Shown here: one piece after another, positions 17,769 to 28,234 of the stretch
Position numbering within the stretch: position 1 is the stretch's first letter
How the letters are laid out: each line of letters begins with the position of its first letter
NCBI GenBank assembly: GCA_937892755.1
Contig: CALBHT010000086.1
Location: 11 to 64,010, forward strand
Source: an uncultured Bacillales bacterium
GTDB taxonomy: Bacteria; Bacillota_I; Bacilli_A; RFN20; CAG-826
Direction: 5' to 3'
DNA length: 64,000 nucleotides
Notes under the pieces: model-generated
Told to the model about the DNA's origin: nothing
The model's database searches: none
Seen by the model: only the letters and a program-made list of their open reading frames with translations
Program-made: the position numbers and the translations under genes

Positions 17769-20270
17769 TTACTTGTTATAGTCAAGAAAACCATCACTTT
17801 GGGTGTTTTGCTTCACCCATGTATTCCATTCTTCGTCGTTTTTCAATAATTTCCGCTCACGGATGCCGCCGAATCCGACAAGCTGGACATAATTGCTCGT
17901 TCCTTCTTTTACGCGATAGCTATCTAACGAAACAGATTGGCGGGCACCCCATGTGACAAAATTATATTTGCTAACCAAATAGGATTCGCAAGCGCTTAAG
18001 ATATTAAGCCTTGTCTCCCCTACGGCTCTCGTCTCGCTATATTTTCCGCTATTGAGCTCATAGTACCAATTTCCTTCGCGTTTTCCGCTTCCGTCTCCCC
18101 CAAGCGTCATTCCGACGATTTCGTCTTTTTTTACGCCAAGCCCACCTTTTTTAGGACTCCAATCACCCGTTTTTAGGTTGATTTCAAGATAATCGCCATA
18201 AACTGGATCGGGCTCATACATCAAGGAGGAAGAGGTATATACTTCGAGCAAACCAAACGGATCGAAGATGGAACCTCCCCAGGTAGAAATGCCAAAATCG
18301 CAAGAACCTGCCCGGATATGCTCGCTATAATCACTTCCACTGATGACAATCTCGATATCGAGCTTTCCATCTAATTTCGTTCCTTTGACGAGCTTTTTAT
18401 AGGAATCAATGATCCAGCGAATCCGCTTGCTCCATCCTTCGTTATAGCTTTCCCAGATGAGATGGACGTTCTCTCCTTCTTTGTAGTGTCCTTCTTTGCT
18501 GGATGCGTTTTCTTCCGCAACCGCTTGGTCAATGAACTTCTTCGCCTCTTCGACATCATAACCAAAATAGTTGGGCTTTCCATCCGCATCTTTCCCAAAA
18601 TTATCCATGACAACGCGTTTTCCTTGCTTTGTGTCACGATAAAGAGTCTGGGTGGTAGGATCGCTAACATACATAAAGTTTATCGGCACATCGAAGGCGC
18701 GCCATCCCGCGGTCATCGTCTGGCAAAAGGTCTTACGGTCTAGCCCAAGCGATAACGCTTTGCGGAAATTTAAGTTGGACAAAATAGTGTGATTCCCCTT
18801 TCCGTCCTTTTCCTGAAGCTGTTTCAAATACTCGAACACGCTATTGACGGTCATCTTTGTAGTGAATGTCTGTGGTTCATAAAGAAGCCTTGAGCTTGAG
18901 CCAAAGATATTGAGGTCTTCCCCACGGAGAGAATAGTGGTCAATCTTTCCCGTTCGGAATAATGACAGCATCGTGTCTTCATTGGCAACGATTTCCGTCT
19001 CAATCCGATCAATTTGATAAAGACCATTATGCTTGTTGTCTTTATATCCATACCAGTTCTCGTTTCGTTCAAACGTTAGCATTTTATCCGCCTGGAATCG
19101 CGATAAGCGGTATGGACCATATGAGAGATAAGTATCCGTCGAAGTTCCATATGTTGAAGAATATAAGCCACTATCGGCAACGGGTTTCCTTAATTTCATC
19201 CAAAGGTCATGCTTCATAATCCAAGGAGAAGAGAAGAATACTTTCGCGTTGAAATCCGTCACTGGCGAAGTAAAGAAAAGCTGGAATTCGTATTGACTGA
19301 TCTTCTTAATGCCGACGGAAGAAAAAGGAACGTCTGGGTATTTGTAATAACGGGAGCACCAACTCGATAGCGAAATGGGCCCACTCCGCGAAACATCGCC
19401 AAGCGTAAAACCATCGGTAAAAGAAACCGATTCGAGTCCAAATACCGAAGAGAGTATCTTTTTAGCCACTTGGTAGACTTTTTGCTTCATCTTTTCATTA
19501 TCATCCAAACGAACGATTTTCGGTTTTGAGGCGTTCCCAAACGTTTCTTCGTCCGCGAGTAAAGCCATCGCTTCCGTTTTGTCATCAAGTAAAGAGCACG
19601 CTTCGGCGAAGCTATATTGATGCCACCATGGGTTCGATTCATAGGCGCTGAAAAACCATCCGTCTTTTGCTGGATTTCCCTCATGGGCGTGACCATTTTT
19701 GTCTAGATACGGCTCTAGAAACGTCTGCCCTTTTTGTAGATAACAGAGAGCCCCCGCAATCGCACGGTTCCCACTTGCGTAGTCCCCTGCCCTCCGATTT
19801 TGCATCTCTGGGTCAAGGATGTCTTGAAGCGATAATAGATAGGTGTCTGCATCAATTGGGGTGCCGTCTTCAAACGCTGCCTGGTGATTGAGTTTCACAC
19901 GCCACTTCTGCCCAGCGGTGAACTTCACACCCCCGTTCTCATCATCAACGTCCATTTTGTAACGTTGCACTTCTTCGTCGGTCAAAGTATTCGTGATGTC
20001 GGTCGGTATCTCTTCCGCCATTTCGGGGATAATCGCATAACCGTTTTTCTCCTTATTTAAAACGAATTCAACAAGGCCAAGTTCCGTATATTGAGGGACG
20101 ATGGCGTCTTCGTTCGTCTCCCAAGTTGCGGGAGCCCATTTCTTTGGAGCACCCATGGTCGCGTCAAAATAAGTGCGGACACTTGCTTTTTTCGGACTGC
20201 ATCCCGCTAGTAAGGCGCTTCCTAACGCGAATAGGGAGCAAATGGGGATGACTTTTACTGGTTTTCTCAT
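17769..20270 (-). CDS. Orphan family-5 (peptide/oligopeptide-type) ABC solute-binding lipoprotein.
   Basis: Lipobox LLAGCSP. SBP_bac_5-like core YGPYRLSRFQADKMLTFERNENWYG. No adjacent permease genes. Confidence 0.65.
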   Translation of the reverse strand: MRKPVKVIPICSLFALGSALLAGCSPKKASVRTYFDATMGAPKKWAPATWETNEDAIVPQYTELGLVEFVLNKEKNGYAIIPEMAEEIPTDITNTLTDEEVQRYKMDVDDENGGVKFTAGQKWRVKLNHQAAFEDGTPIDADTYLLSLQDILDPEMQNRRAGDYASGNRAIAGALCYLQKGQTFLEPYLDKNGHAHEGNPAKDGWFFSAYESNPWWHQYSFAEACSLLDDKTEAMALLADEETFGNASKPKIVRLDDNEKMKQKVYQVAKKILSSVFGLESVSFTDGFTLGDVSRSGPISLSSWCSRYYKYPDVPFSSVGIKKISQYEFQLFFTSPVTDFNAKVFFSSPWIMKHDLWMKLRKPVADSGLYSSTYGTSTDTYLSYGPYRLSRFQADKMLTFERNENWYGYKDNKHNGLYQIDRIETEIVANEDTMLSLFRTGKIDHYSLRGEDLNIFGSSSRLLYEPQTFTTKMTVNSVFEYLKQLQEKDGKGNHTILSNLNFRKALSLGLDRKTFCQTMTAGWRAFDVPINFMYVSDPTTQTLYRDTKQGKRVVMDNFGKDADGKPNYFGYDVEEAKKFIDQAVAEENASSKEGHYKEGENVHLIWESYNEGWSKRIRWIIDSYKKLVKGTKLDGKLDIEIVISGSDYSEHIRAGSCDFGISTWGGSIFDPFGLLEVYTSSSLMYEPDPVYGDYLEINLKTGDWSPKKGGLGVKKDEIVGMTLGGDGSGKREGNWYYELNSGKYSETRAVGETRLNILSACESYLVSKYNFVTWGARQSVSLDSYRVKEGTSNYVQLVGFGGIRERKLLKNDEEWNTWVKQNTQSDGFLDYNK

Positions 20271-20485
20271 TTTTGAACCTCCTCGCTTTTAAAGCGTTAT
20301 ATATCTCTACTCTTGCGGAATACAGCAAAATGTCAACATTTTATTTTGTTTTGTTCAATATTTTTTAAAAAGCAGTGCTTACGCTATTTTTTAGACATTT
20401 GTAAAGAATAAATAAGGTTATTTAATGATTCCATTGAAGAATCTGAAATAGATATTCATAAAGATCTATTTATGAAATGACAGAA

Positions 20486-20520
20486 TAAAAAAATTCCTGT
20501 TTTCGAAACCAAAACAGGAA
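20486..20520 (-). terminator. Rho-independent terminator downstream of the metalloprotease gene.
   Basis: 10-bp stem ttcctgtttt/aaaacaggaa, followed by a U7 run on the minus strand. Confidence 0.6.
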
Positions 20521-20560
20521 TCAACGAAAAAATCGCGAAAATGGATTCGTGATTGTTTCT

Positions 20561-22882
20561 TTATAGCCTCGTGAAATCAATGGTTATGGTTGAAGCGGTT
20601 TGGCTATTGATGGTGAAAGTGTAAGGGAAAGTCTCGCCATTATTGAATTTGCCGTTATTTTGATAGCAATTTCGGAGTTTCTCATTCGTGTAGGTATTGT
20701 TGACTGAAGACGTATAAAGATTGCTCATAGAACCAAAGTTTTTCTCAAACCCAGAAGAAAGGAACGCGCTTGTGCCACTCGCTGGCAATATCGTGATCAA
20801 GCGGTTCTTGGAGCCATAGGCGAGATCCTCACTATTGATGTCGGAATTTTTGACATCTAAAGAATAGGAAGCCGTGTTGCTCGCAGCAATCCAGCCATTG
20901 ATGAGAGTTGACCCGTCACTAAGTTGTTTTTCCAAAAATGTAGGATCGTCGCTATATTTCATATCGCTATAGGAACTGCTAGTCGCTCGATAAGAGAACA
21001 CCCTGCTATCGACGTGGAAAGCTTGTAAGCCGCTAGAAGCGTAAGTTCCGCCATGTCCATAAGAAGAGGAGTATTCTTCATAGCCATTACTATCTTTCGC
21101 GTTAAGTCCGGTCGGAGTGTAATACTGAAGAATCACATATTCGTCATAAGGAGTGCCATTCCAGGAAGAAGAAGGAATTAGCAAGAATTCTCCCGTGTCG
21201 GTAAAACTATTAAGAGTGATGGAGAAAGAACCCATCCCGGTGACAACCTTCGGTGCGCACCAGCCCATAAGCATTTTACTATACGCATCATGATCGCCGA
21301 CGTTGCAATCCATCATATCGACCATGCCACAAGGAGCTTCCGCATACGAATTCCCATTTCTTTCGTAAGAATAATAATCATCAAGCCCAAGCATATGCCC
21401 CGTTTCATGAATCAAAGTATGGGTATCAATGTTTGGCGAATAATACCCATTTTCAATCATGCTCATTGGGCTCCAGAAGTAACGATTCGCGACAGGGCTA
21501 GACGTATTGGCTTTTAGGCCTGTTCCTGTGGTATAAGCCCACCAAAGGTCCTCGTTATCATTGACTGTTTTGTCCGTGAAATAAACAAGATCAATGCCGT
21601 CATAATACCCATCGCTATTGGAATCGAACGTCTTGTTTAAGAAACCTTTCGTTTTTGCCCAGCTCACCGCCTCGCTCACAATATCGTTGGTGTCTTTGTA
21701 AGCACTATTTTTCTCACCTTCCTCAAAAGCGGTTTGGAAAGCACTCGCGCTCAATGAATACTGGAATGCGTCAGTTACCGTACCCGTGATGGTCAATTTG
21801 CCATACGATGATTTTCGATAGTAACTTGATAAAGATTCCCAACCCGTTTCGCTACTTTCACCGAAGAAAGCTTTTTGGATCGAGTCGAGCTCGCTAGTAG
21901 AAGGAGCGGCGTCCCCTGCAAAATAAACGGGGACAACCAATAATTTTGGCGAACCAATGGAAGGCAAATTCCCCACGCCAAGGATTCCATAGTCCTCGAA
22001 ATTATCCAAACGATACTTTTGAATTGCAGACAACTCGACGTCATAGTAGCCCTTTTCCCCTTCTCCTTGGCTAGAAGAACCCCCGCCGCTTGCTGATGAG
22101 CTAGATGAGCTTGAGCTCGATTCGTCGCTGGAAGAGGAAGCAATCTCTAATTCAATCTTCGCCAAATAGAAACGCTTGCTTTTCTTGCCCTCGATACGTA
22201 AATAAGAAGTGGTTCCGACATTCTCAAAAAGAAGGTAATTACTATCTGAGTAGGAAGTTCCGCTGACGCTTTTTGAGGCGGAGAAAGAAGATGCCTTCAA
22301 AGTCAAAGAAGCGGCTTCACTATCTTTATAAAGGAATGTGTATGCTTTTAGGGAGCGAATATGGACCGATGAAGAAAGAGTCAACTCCAAGTAGCCATCA
22401 TTTTTAGAAGAGCTGAAGCGGGCCGCTTTGCCTTTCGCGTTGGAATAACAATTCTCCGCGGCCACGTTACTGACGCTGAAACCGGTCACAGAAAAGCGAG
22501 AGGCGTCAATCACTGTGGAAACGCTAGAAGAAAGAGGCTCCGTCCCAAACTCAATTGTCGCTTTGCGCGTCGTTTCTTCGCTTGAAGAACTAGAGGCAGT
22601 GCTACTAGAACTAGAAGAGGCGCTCGAACTAGAAGAACTAGAAGAGGCGCTCGAACTAGATGAACTAGACGAACTAGAAGAGGAATTAGAGGATGTTTCC
22701 CCGCTTTCGCTGGATGAATATGTTACGGAAGAGTCAGAACCGTTTTCGCTAGAATTGGACTCCGAAGCACTTTGTTCGATGGAAGAGATGTCGCTAGAAG
22801 AGGTGCCCCCTTGACCACAAGAAGCGAGCAAAGCCATAGAAGCAAGCAAGCTGACAAGGACGAATTTGTTTTGTTTTCTCAT
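20561..22882 (-). CDS. Surface zinc-metalloprotease lipoprotein, M6 / immune-inhibitor-A-like, with a poly-Ser linker.
   Basis: Lipobox LLASCGQ. HExxHxxGxxD motif LIHETGHMLGLDDYY. An N-terminal KLLVVPVYFAGD segment is typical of InhA-like enzymes. Long Ser and Glu low-complexity tracts. Confidence 0.7.
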   Translation of the reverse strand: MRKQNKFVLVSLLASMALLASCGQGGTSSSDISSIEQSASESNSSENGSDSSVTYSSSESGETSSNSSSSSSSSSSSSASSSSSSSSASSSSSSTASSSSSEETTRKATIEFGTEPLSSSVSTVIDASRFSVTGFSVSNVAAENCYSNAKGKAARFSSSKNDGYLELTLSSSVHIRSLKAYTFLYKDSEAASLTLKASSFSASKSVSGTSYSDSNYLLFENVGTTSYLRIEGKKSKRFYLAKIELEIASSSSDESSSSSSSSSASGGGSSSQGEGEKGYYDVELSAIQKYRLDNFEDYGILGVGNLPSIGSPKLLVVPVYFAGDAAPSTSELDSIQKAFFGESSETGWESLSSYYRKSSYGKLTITGTVTDAFQYSLSASAFQTAFEEGEKNSAYKDTNDIVSEAVSWAKTKGFLNKTFDSNSDGYYDGIDLVYFTDKTVNDNEDLWWAYTTGTGLKANTSSPVANRYFWSPMSMIENGYYSPNIDTHTLIHETGHMLGLDDYYSYERNGNSYAEAPCGMVDMMDCNVGDHDAYSKMLMGWCAPKVVTGMGSFSITLNSFTDTGEFLLIPSSSWNGTPYDEYVILQYYTPTGLNAKDSNGYEEYSSSYGHGGTYASSGLQAFHVDSRVFSYRATSSSYSDMKYSDDPTFLEKQLSDGSTLINGWIAASNTASYSLDVKNSDINSEDLAYGSKNRLITILPASGTSAFLSSGFEKNFGSMSNLYTSSVNNTYTNEKLRNCYQNNGKFNNGETFPYTFTINSQTASTITIDFTRL

Positions 22883-22973
22883 CTTTTTCCCTCCGACAAC
22901 AAATTGAACTATTTATTGTCAATGAAAAACAAGTGAAGGGCAAGGAGAATAAGAAAAAGAAAGTGCTTAGCCT

Positions 22974-24713
22974 TTATAGATGCGTAAAGGAAATCGTAAT
23001 GGAAGATGAAGACTGCGCCGTCACTTCAAAGCGGTACGGGAAAGAAGAACCGTTATTGAATTTGCCATTATTTTGATAACAAGCGGCCATTTTCTCATTC
23101 GTGTAAACGGAAGAGGAAAAAGCATTCATTAAAAGAGTGGAAGAGCCAAAAAGTTTCTCGAATCCCGGATTTAAGAATGCGCTCGTTCCATTCGCGGGAA
23201 GGAAGGTAATCAAACGGTTTTTCGATCCATAAGTAAGCTCACCTGTTGAGATATCCGATTTTTTAACGTCGATAGAATAGCTCCCAGTGTTACTCGCAGC
23301 AATGCCAAGATTGATCGTGTAGGAGCCGTCAGAATGTTCTTTCTGGACTGTCAATGGATCCTCACTATATCGCAAATTGCTATACATGGGATCGGAACTA
23401 AACGGCGTTTTTACCATTTTCGCATCATATGAAACGACTCTGCTATCCACATGAAAAGCCTGTAAACCGGTTGAAGCGTAAGTACCACCATGCCCATAAG
23501 CGATGGAAGAATATTCTTTATACCCATTGCTATCTTTCTTGTTTAAACCGGTCGGGGTGTAATACTGAAGAATCATATATTCGTCATAAGGGGTGCCATT
23601 CCATGACCCAGAGGGAATCAGCAAGAATTCGCCCGTGTCGGTGAAACTATTGAGCGTGATAGAAAAACTCCCTTCTCCCAAGACTACTTTTGGGCTTACC
23701 CATCCCATAAGCATCTTGCTATAAGCGTTATGGTCGCCGACATTGCAATCCATCATATCCACCATCGCACAAGGAGATTCACTATAACGCTCCGTTCCTC
23801 CGATGGTCGTTCTATCGTAAGAATAATAATCGTCTATCCCCATCATATGCCCCGTCTCATGGATCAATGTATGCGTATCGATATTCGGCGAATAGTAGCC
23901 ATTTTCAATCATGCTCATCGGGCTCCAGAAATAACGATACGGAACTGGACTAGAGGCGTTCGCCTTGTTGCTATTTTTAGAATTGTTCGTGGTAAAAGCC
24001 CACCAAAGATTGGAATTATCCTTTTCCGTTTTATCCGTGAAATAAATCAAGTCCACACCATCGAGGAAACCATCCTTGTCCGTGTCGAAAGAAGCGTCAA
24101 AATAATGATTCTTCTTCGCCCAGTTCGTCGCCTCGATTAATAAGTCCGTCGTGTCTTTGTGACCACTTCTATTCTCTTCTAGTTCGAAGGCAATTTGAAA
24201 AGCGCTCGCGCTCAAAGAATATTGGAAAGGAGGCGTGACAACCCCTTCAATATCAAGAAGCCCATAAGAGGACTTCTGGTAATAACTTGATAAAGATTCC
24301 CAACCCGTGTCGCTACTTTCGCCAAAGAAAGCTTTTTGGATCGAGTCGAGTTCACTAGCAGAAGGAGCGGCATCCCCTGCAAAATAAACGGGGATCACGA
24401 GGAGCTTTGGTTTTCCTAGCGAAGGCATATTGCCACTTCCTAACGTTCCATATTCCCCATAATGAGAAAGGCTCATATTTTGAAAAGAGGAGAGAGAGGG
24501 TTCGTAATACCCTCCTTCGGAAAGAGAATAATCGTGAGAAACGGAGCCATATGAAATGCTTTCTTGTCTTGAAATTTCTCCGCTTGAAATTTCTTCACTT
24601 GAAGTGGAGCGAGACGGGAAAAACGTCGTCGGGAAATCGACGATGCCGCAGCTTGTTAATAGTAGAGGCGAAGCAAGTAGCGCACTCATCCATAGTTTTT
24701 TCCTTTTCTTCAT
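22974..24713 (-). CDS. Surface zinc-metalloprotease lipoprotein, M6/InhA-like paralog.
   Basis: The catalytic half (LIHETGHMMGIDDYYSY, KLLVIPVYFAGDAAPS) aligns closely with the 20561-22882 protein. The start was set at MKKRKK with GAGGTG upstream. The track ORF begins at an upstream GTG. Confidence 0.7.
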   Translation of the reverse strand: MKKRKKLWMSALLASPLLLTSCGIVDFPTTFFPSRSTSSEEISSGEISRQESISYGSVSHDYSLSEGGYYEPSLSSFQNMSLSHYGEYGTLGSGNMPSLGKPKLLVIPVYFAGDAAPSASELDSIQKAFFGESSDTGWESLSSYYQKSSYGLLDIEGVVTPPFQYSLSASAFQIAFELEENRSGHKDTTDLLIEATNWAKKNHYFDASFDTDKDGFLDGVDLIYFTDKTEKDNSNLWWAFTTNNSKNSNKANASSPVPYRYFWSPMSMIENGYYSPNIDTHTLIHETGHMMGIDDYYSYDRTTIGGTERYSESPCAMVDMMDCNVGDHNAYSKMLMGWVSPKVVLGEGSFSITLNSFTDTGEFLLIPSGSWNGTPYDEYMILQYYTPTGLNKKDSNGYKEYSSIAYGHGGTYASTGLQAFHVDSRVVSYDAKMVKTPFSSDPMYSNLRYSEDPLTVQKEHSDGSYTINLGIAASNTGSYSIDVKKSDISTGELTYGSKNRLITFLPANGTSAFLNPGFEKLFGSSTLLMNAFSSSVYTNEKMAACYQNNGKFNNGSSFPYRFEVTAQSSSSITISFTHL

Positions 24714-24770
24714 CATTTTCACCTCGCGAATAAACCTTATTATGCGTAGAACAACCACTTTTTCAAGAAT

Positions 24771-24797
24771 AATAAAAACCTCCCCGCTAGAGGGAGG
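24771..24797 (-). terminator. Terminator downstream of the 229-aa membrane protein gene, which is the last gene of the opp transcription unit.
   Basis: Stem cctccc/gggagg plus a U-tract in the minus-strand sense. Confidence 0.5.
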
Positions 24798-24805
24798 TCA
24801 CTCAT

Positions 24806-25495
24806 TTAATTGCCTTTTGAAAGGTCGACATGCGATTCGGTAAGCTGAAGCGGTTCTGGATCGTAATCGCTATAGATATTGATGAAGGATAAACCGACAT
24901 AAAGAGCGACCACAAGATGAGCCACGCCCCAATCCCCCCAATACACGATATCGCCTAGATACGAATAAGCATCAAGCAAACTATCGTATTGAACAAGTCC
25001 GAAATAAAGGGCGATGCCTGCTAAAACAAGGGAAATCATATAGATGCTGCCATAGTCTCCATCCCACGCTTTCTTAAGGAAGAAATAATGCATGACGATA
25101 AGAAGAACATCGGCTGCAATAAGAAAAACAAGGGAAATCACTTGGCGCGTAAAGCTCGTGTCGAAAGTCCAAACGGTCTTTGCAATGGCATAGGCGCTGA
25201 TGATGGCTTCACCAACAAGAACAAGCAAAACATGAGAAGAATCTTTCCGGAAAAGCAGATCGAGGGAAAGAAGGATGCAGTAGACGAAAAGAATTGCGGC
25301 AAAGGTGACGGAGATAGCATTCCCCATCGTGAATAGATAACCATTATTGCCCAAATCGTTTGGTTCAGGGTTAAAAGCGTCCGGATTACCGAGAGCTAAG
25401 AAATAATAGATGAAGAAAACGAATAGAAACACAATCGCAATGAGTGGAAAAAGGGCGAATGCGTTCCACTTAAATGAGAATTTATTCTTTTTCAT
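24806..25495 (-). CDS. Polytopic membrane protein, hypothetical. Last gene of the opp transcription unit.
   Basis: About 6 hydrophobic helices. Overlaps the oppF stop by 14 nt. Confidence 0.55.
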   Translation of the reverse strand: MKKNKFSFKWNAFALFPLIAIVFLFVFFIYYFLALGNPDAFNPEPNDLGNNGYLFTMGNAISVTFAAILFVYCILLSLDLLFRKDSSHVLLVLVGEAIISAYAIAKTVWTFDTSFTRQVISLVFLIAADVLLIVMHYFFLKKAWDGDYGSIYMISLVLAGIALYFGLVQYDSLLDAYSYLGDIVYWGDWGVAHLVVALYVGLSFINIYSDYDPEPLQLTESHVDLSKGN

Positions 25496-26744
25496 GGCGT
25501 TCCCTTTCCTGATCCAATTGATGAATCTCTTTTTTGTATTTTTCGATTTCGACGCTATTTGCTAAAACAAAGTGCCCTGGCAAAATCTCCGTCAAAGCAG
25601 GTTTTTCTTTTGAATAATCATGTTCTTTCGCCGGATTATAAATCGTTCTGACACGTCCTTTTTCAAAACGTGGGTCAGGTTTAGGAATCGCGGAAAGAAG
25701 CGCTTTTGTGTATGGGTGAAGCGGATGTTTGAAAAGCTCATCGCTCGTCGCGATTTCTACAATCGATCCATAATACATCACGGCAATGCGGTCGCAGAAA
25801 TATTTCACAACGCTCAAATCATGAGCGATGAAGAGCATCGTAAGGCCCATTTCTTCCTTGATATCATTTAATAAGTTAAGGATTTGGGCGCGGATGGATA
25901 CGTCAAGAGCGCTAATAGGTTCATCGCAAATAAGAAGCTTCGGGTTCATGACTAGAGCACGCGCAATGCCGATTCTTTGACGTTGGCCACCGCTGAATTC
26001 ATGAGGATAACGAGAAGCATATTCTGGGATAAGCCCGACTTTTTTGAGCATCTCCGCACAGATTCTAGCGTTTTCTTGTTTGTTATAATGTCCTTGAATA
26101 TGAAGTCCTTCTTGAATGATATCTTCCACCGTCATTCTTGGATCAAGAGAGTCAATCGGGTCTTGGAAAATCATTTGGATTTCGTTACGGAGGGCGCTAG
26201 GGCAATGAGCGTTATCGTAGCGGATTTGCTTGATAATCTCTTTTTGCTCTTTGACATGCGCTTCGTTTTCTTGGCGAATCGCTTTGATCTCTTTTTCGCA
26301 TTCTTCTTGAATAGAAGAAGCGCTTGCAGGATCTTGTTCAATCGCTTCTTTTGCTTTTAATCGAAGCGCTTTGATTTTCTCTTCTGCGTGGATACGACTC
26401 CATTTAATTTCTTTCTCGTTCCAACGGCTCCCCGCAGAAATACGATATCCACGGTAATAAATGGAACCGGAAGTCGCAGGATAAAGGCCAATCACGCAGC
26501 GGCCAGTCGTCGTTTTGCCACATCCCGATTCGCCAACAAGCCCAAAGCACTCCCCTTCATGAACATCAAAAGAGATGTCATGAACCGCTTTGGTTTTGTA
26601 TCCCCCGTAATTGAAGAATTCCTTCAAATGTTTGACGCGGAGAATAATCTTTTGGTCAACAAGTTCTTGCGAAAAAGTAACCTTTGGATCAACCGATGGG
26701 TTCTTTTCCATTTTGTTTTCGCTTAAATCCATGTGCTTTTTCAT
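25482..26744 (-). CDS. oppF: Oligopeptide ABC transporter ATP-binding protein OppF, with an internal insertion.
   Basis: Walker A GESGCGKTT, signature FSGGQRQRIGIARAL, Walker B LLICDEPISALD. An ATGA overlap with oppD. Confidence 0.85.
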   Translation of the reverse strand: MKKHMDLSENKMEKNPSVDPKVTFSQELVDQKIILRVKHLKEFFNYGGYKTKAVHDISFDVHEGECFGLVGESGCGKTTTGRCVIGLYPATSGSIYYRGYRISAGSRWNEKEIKWSRIHAEEKIKALRLKAKEAIEQDPASASSIQEECEKEIKAIRQENEAHVKEQKEIIKQIRYDNAHCPSALRNEIQMIFQDPIDSLDPRMTVEDIIQEGLHIQGHYNKQENARICAEMLKKVGLIPEYASRYPHEFSGGQRQRIGIARALVMNPKLLICDEPISALDVSIRAQILNLLNDIKEEMGLTMLFIAHDLSVVKYFCDRIAVMYYGSIVEIATSDELFKHPLHPYTKALLSAIPKPDPRFEKGRVRTIYNPAKEHDYSKEKPALTEILPGHFVLANSVEIEKYKKEIHQLDQERERHEKE

Positions 26745-28234
26745 TGCTTATTTCCTTTGGAACGCTCTAAGGAGTTGCGAATACGCTCACTCACAATCTT
26801 CGGCATGACCGCAATAGGTGCACGCTCATCTAATAGCCAACTTGCCACGTAATGAGTATCGCTCAGTGCAAACATTGGCGGCTCTTTTCTAAAATCGATG
26901 CCCATCGCGTATTTGCTACGGAAAGCAAACGCATCTCCAATAGGAGGATAAAGCATATTTGGCGGAGTTCCTGGAATGGCTTCAAGCCGCTCCTTGCTGT
27001 CAATATCCGGAATTGAGCTCAATAAGGCCCAAGTGTATGGGTGAGCAGGCGCGTAGAAGACATCTTCCGCCGTTCCATATTCAACAATTTTTCCTGCATA
27101 CATCACGGCTACACGGTCAGCCATATTCGCCACGACACCAAGGTCATGAGTGATGAAAATAATGGACATGTTTCTCGCTTTCTTTAAGCGATTGATGAGC
27201 TCAAGAATTTGAGCTTGAATGGTAACGTCGAGGGCGGTCGTTGGCTCATCGCAAATCAAAACGTCTGGGTTTGCGGTAAGAGCGATTGCAATAACAATAC
27301 GCTGTCTCATACCGCCAGAGAATTCAAACGGATATTGGTTGTAACGGCGTTCTGGATTCGGGATACCGACTTCCGCCATAATCTGAAGCGCTCTTTTCTT
27401 CGCTTCCTTATGGGTGACGCGACATTCGCTTAAATAACGGCGATGTTCTTTGATAAAGTCGCAATAAAAGCCAGCAAAATCCTTGAACATGTTTTTTTCA
27501 ATCGCCTTCACGTTATTGATATGACGCGTAAAGATTTCCTTTTTGTGGGCTTTCACGGTTTTTCTCGCTTCCGCTTTCTTTTTGCGTAAAGCCGCTTTAT
27601 CTGCGACTAAAATCTTTTTAAATTCGGCTTTCTTTTCGAAATAACGCGCTTTTGCTTTTGCGATATCTTCTTTGCTTGCCTTTGTTTTCTTCAAATGCTT
27701 CAGCGTTTCTTTTTCAAGCATAAGCAAACGCTGATCGTTTTTGTATTGAATGAATTCTTTGGCGATGATGTCTTCAAATTCTTTCTTTAAATGGTTGCCA
27801 TTTGCAATCATGACTTCGGTAATTTGCTTCCCGATTTTCATAATTGGGTTGAGAGAAGAAAGAGGATCTTGGAAAATCATCCCGATTTTGGTTCCTCTTA
27901 TTTTGTGGAATTCATCTTCCGCGATTTTGGTCAAATCTTCGCCTTCATAAATCACGGAGCCAGACTCGATCCGCGCATTCTTGGGCAAAATACCCATAAT
28001 CGTTTTATTCGTCACGGATTTCCCAGAACCCGATTCCCCAACGATGCAAAGGGTCTCTCCTTTATAAAGATCGAAAGAGACGCCTCGGACCGCTTGGACT
28101 TTTCCTTGATCGCTATGAAATGAAATCGAGAGATTGCGAACGGAAAGAACCGCTTCCTTATTGTTCTTCTTAGATACCGACGTCACGAAAGGATAATCAA
28201 TCGTTGGATAGATTTTCTTTGCTGTATTTTCCAT
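26741..28234 (-). CDS. oppD: Oligopeptide ABC transporter ATP-binding protein OppD, with a ~190-aa charged insertion.
   Basis: Walker A GESGSGKSV, signature FSGGMRQRIVIAIAL, Walker B VLICDEPTTALD. Confidence 0.85.
   Translation of the reverse strand: MENTAKKIYPTIDYPFVTSVSKKNNKEAVLSVRNLSISFHSDQGKVQAVRGVSFDLYKGETLCIVGESGSGKSVTNKTIMGILPKNARIESGSVIYEGEDLTKIAEDEFHKIRGTKIGMIFQDPLSSLNPIMKIGKQITEVMIANGNHLKKEFEDIIAKEFIQYKNDQRLLMLEKETLKHLKKTKASKEDIAKAKARYFEKKAEFKKILVADKAALRKKKAEARKTVKAHKKEIFTRHINNVKAIEKNMFKDFAGFYCDFIKEHRRYLSECRVTHKEAKKRALQIMAEVGIPNPERRYNQYPFEFSGGMRQRIVIAIALTANPDVLICDEPTTALDVTIQAQILELINRLKKARNMSIIFITHDLGVVANMADRVAVMYAGKIVEYGTAEDVFYAPAHPYTWALLSSIPDIDSKERLEAIPGTPPNMLYPPIGDAFAFRSKYAMGIDFRKEPPMFALSDTHYVASWLLDERAPIAVMPKIVSERIRNSLERSKGNKQ

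Noticed and set aside
22560-22700. Ser/Glu-rich low-complexity DNA repeats (gaactagaagag...) in the 773-aa metalloprotease.
   Set aside because: They are an in-frame linker region of the protein and not a separate element. They could still vary in length.
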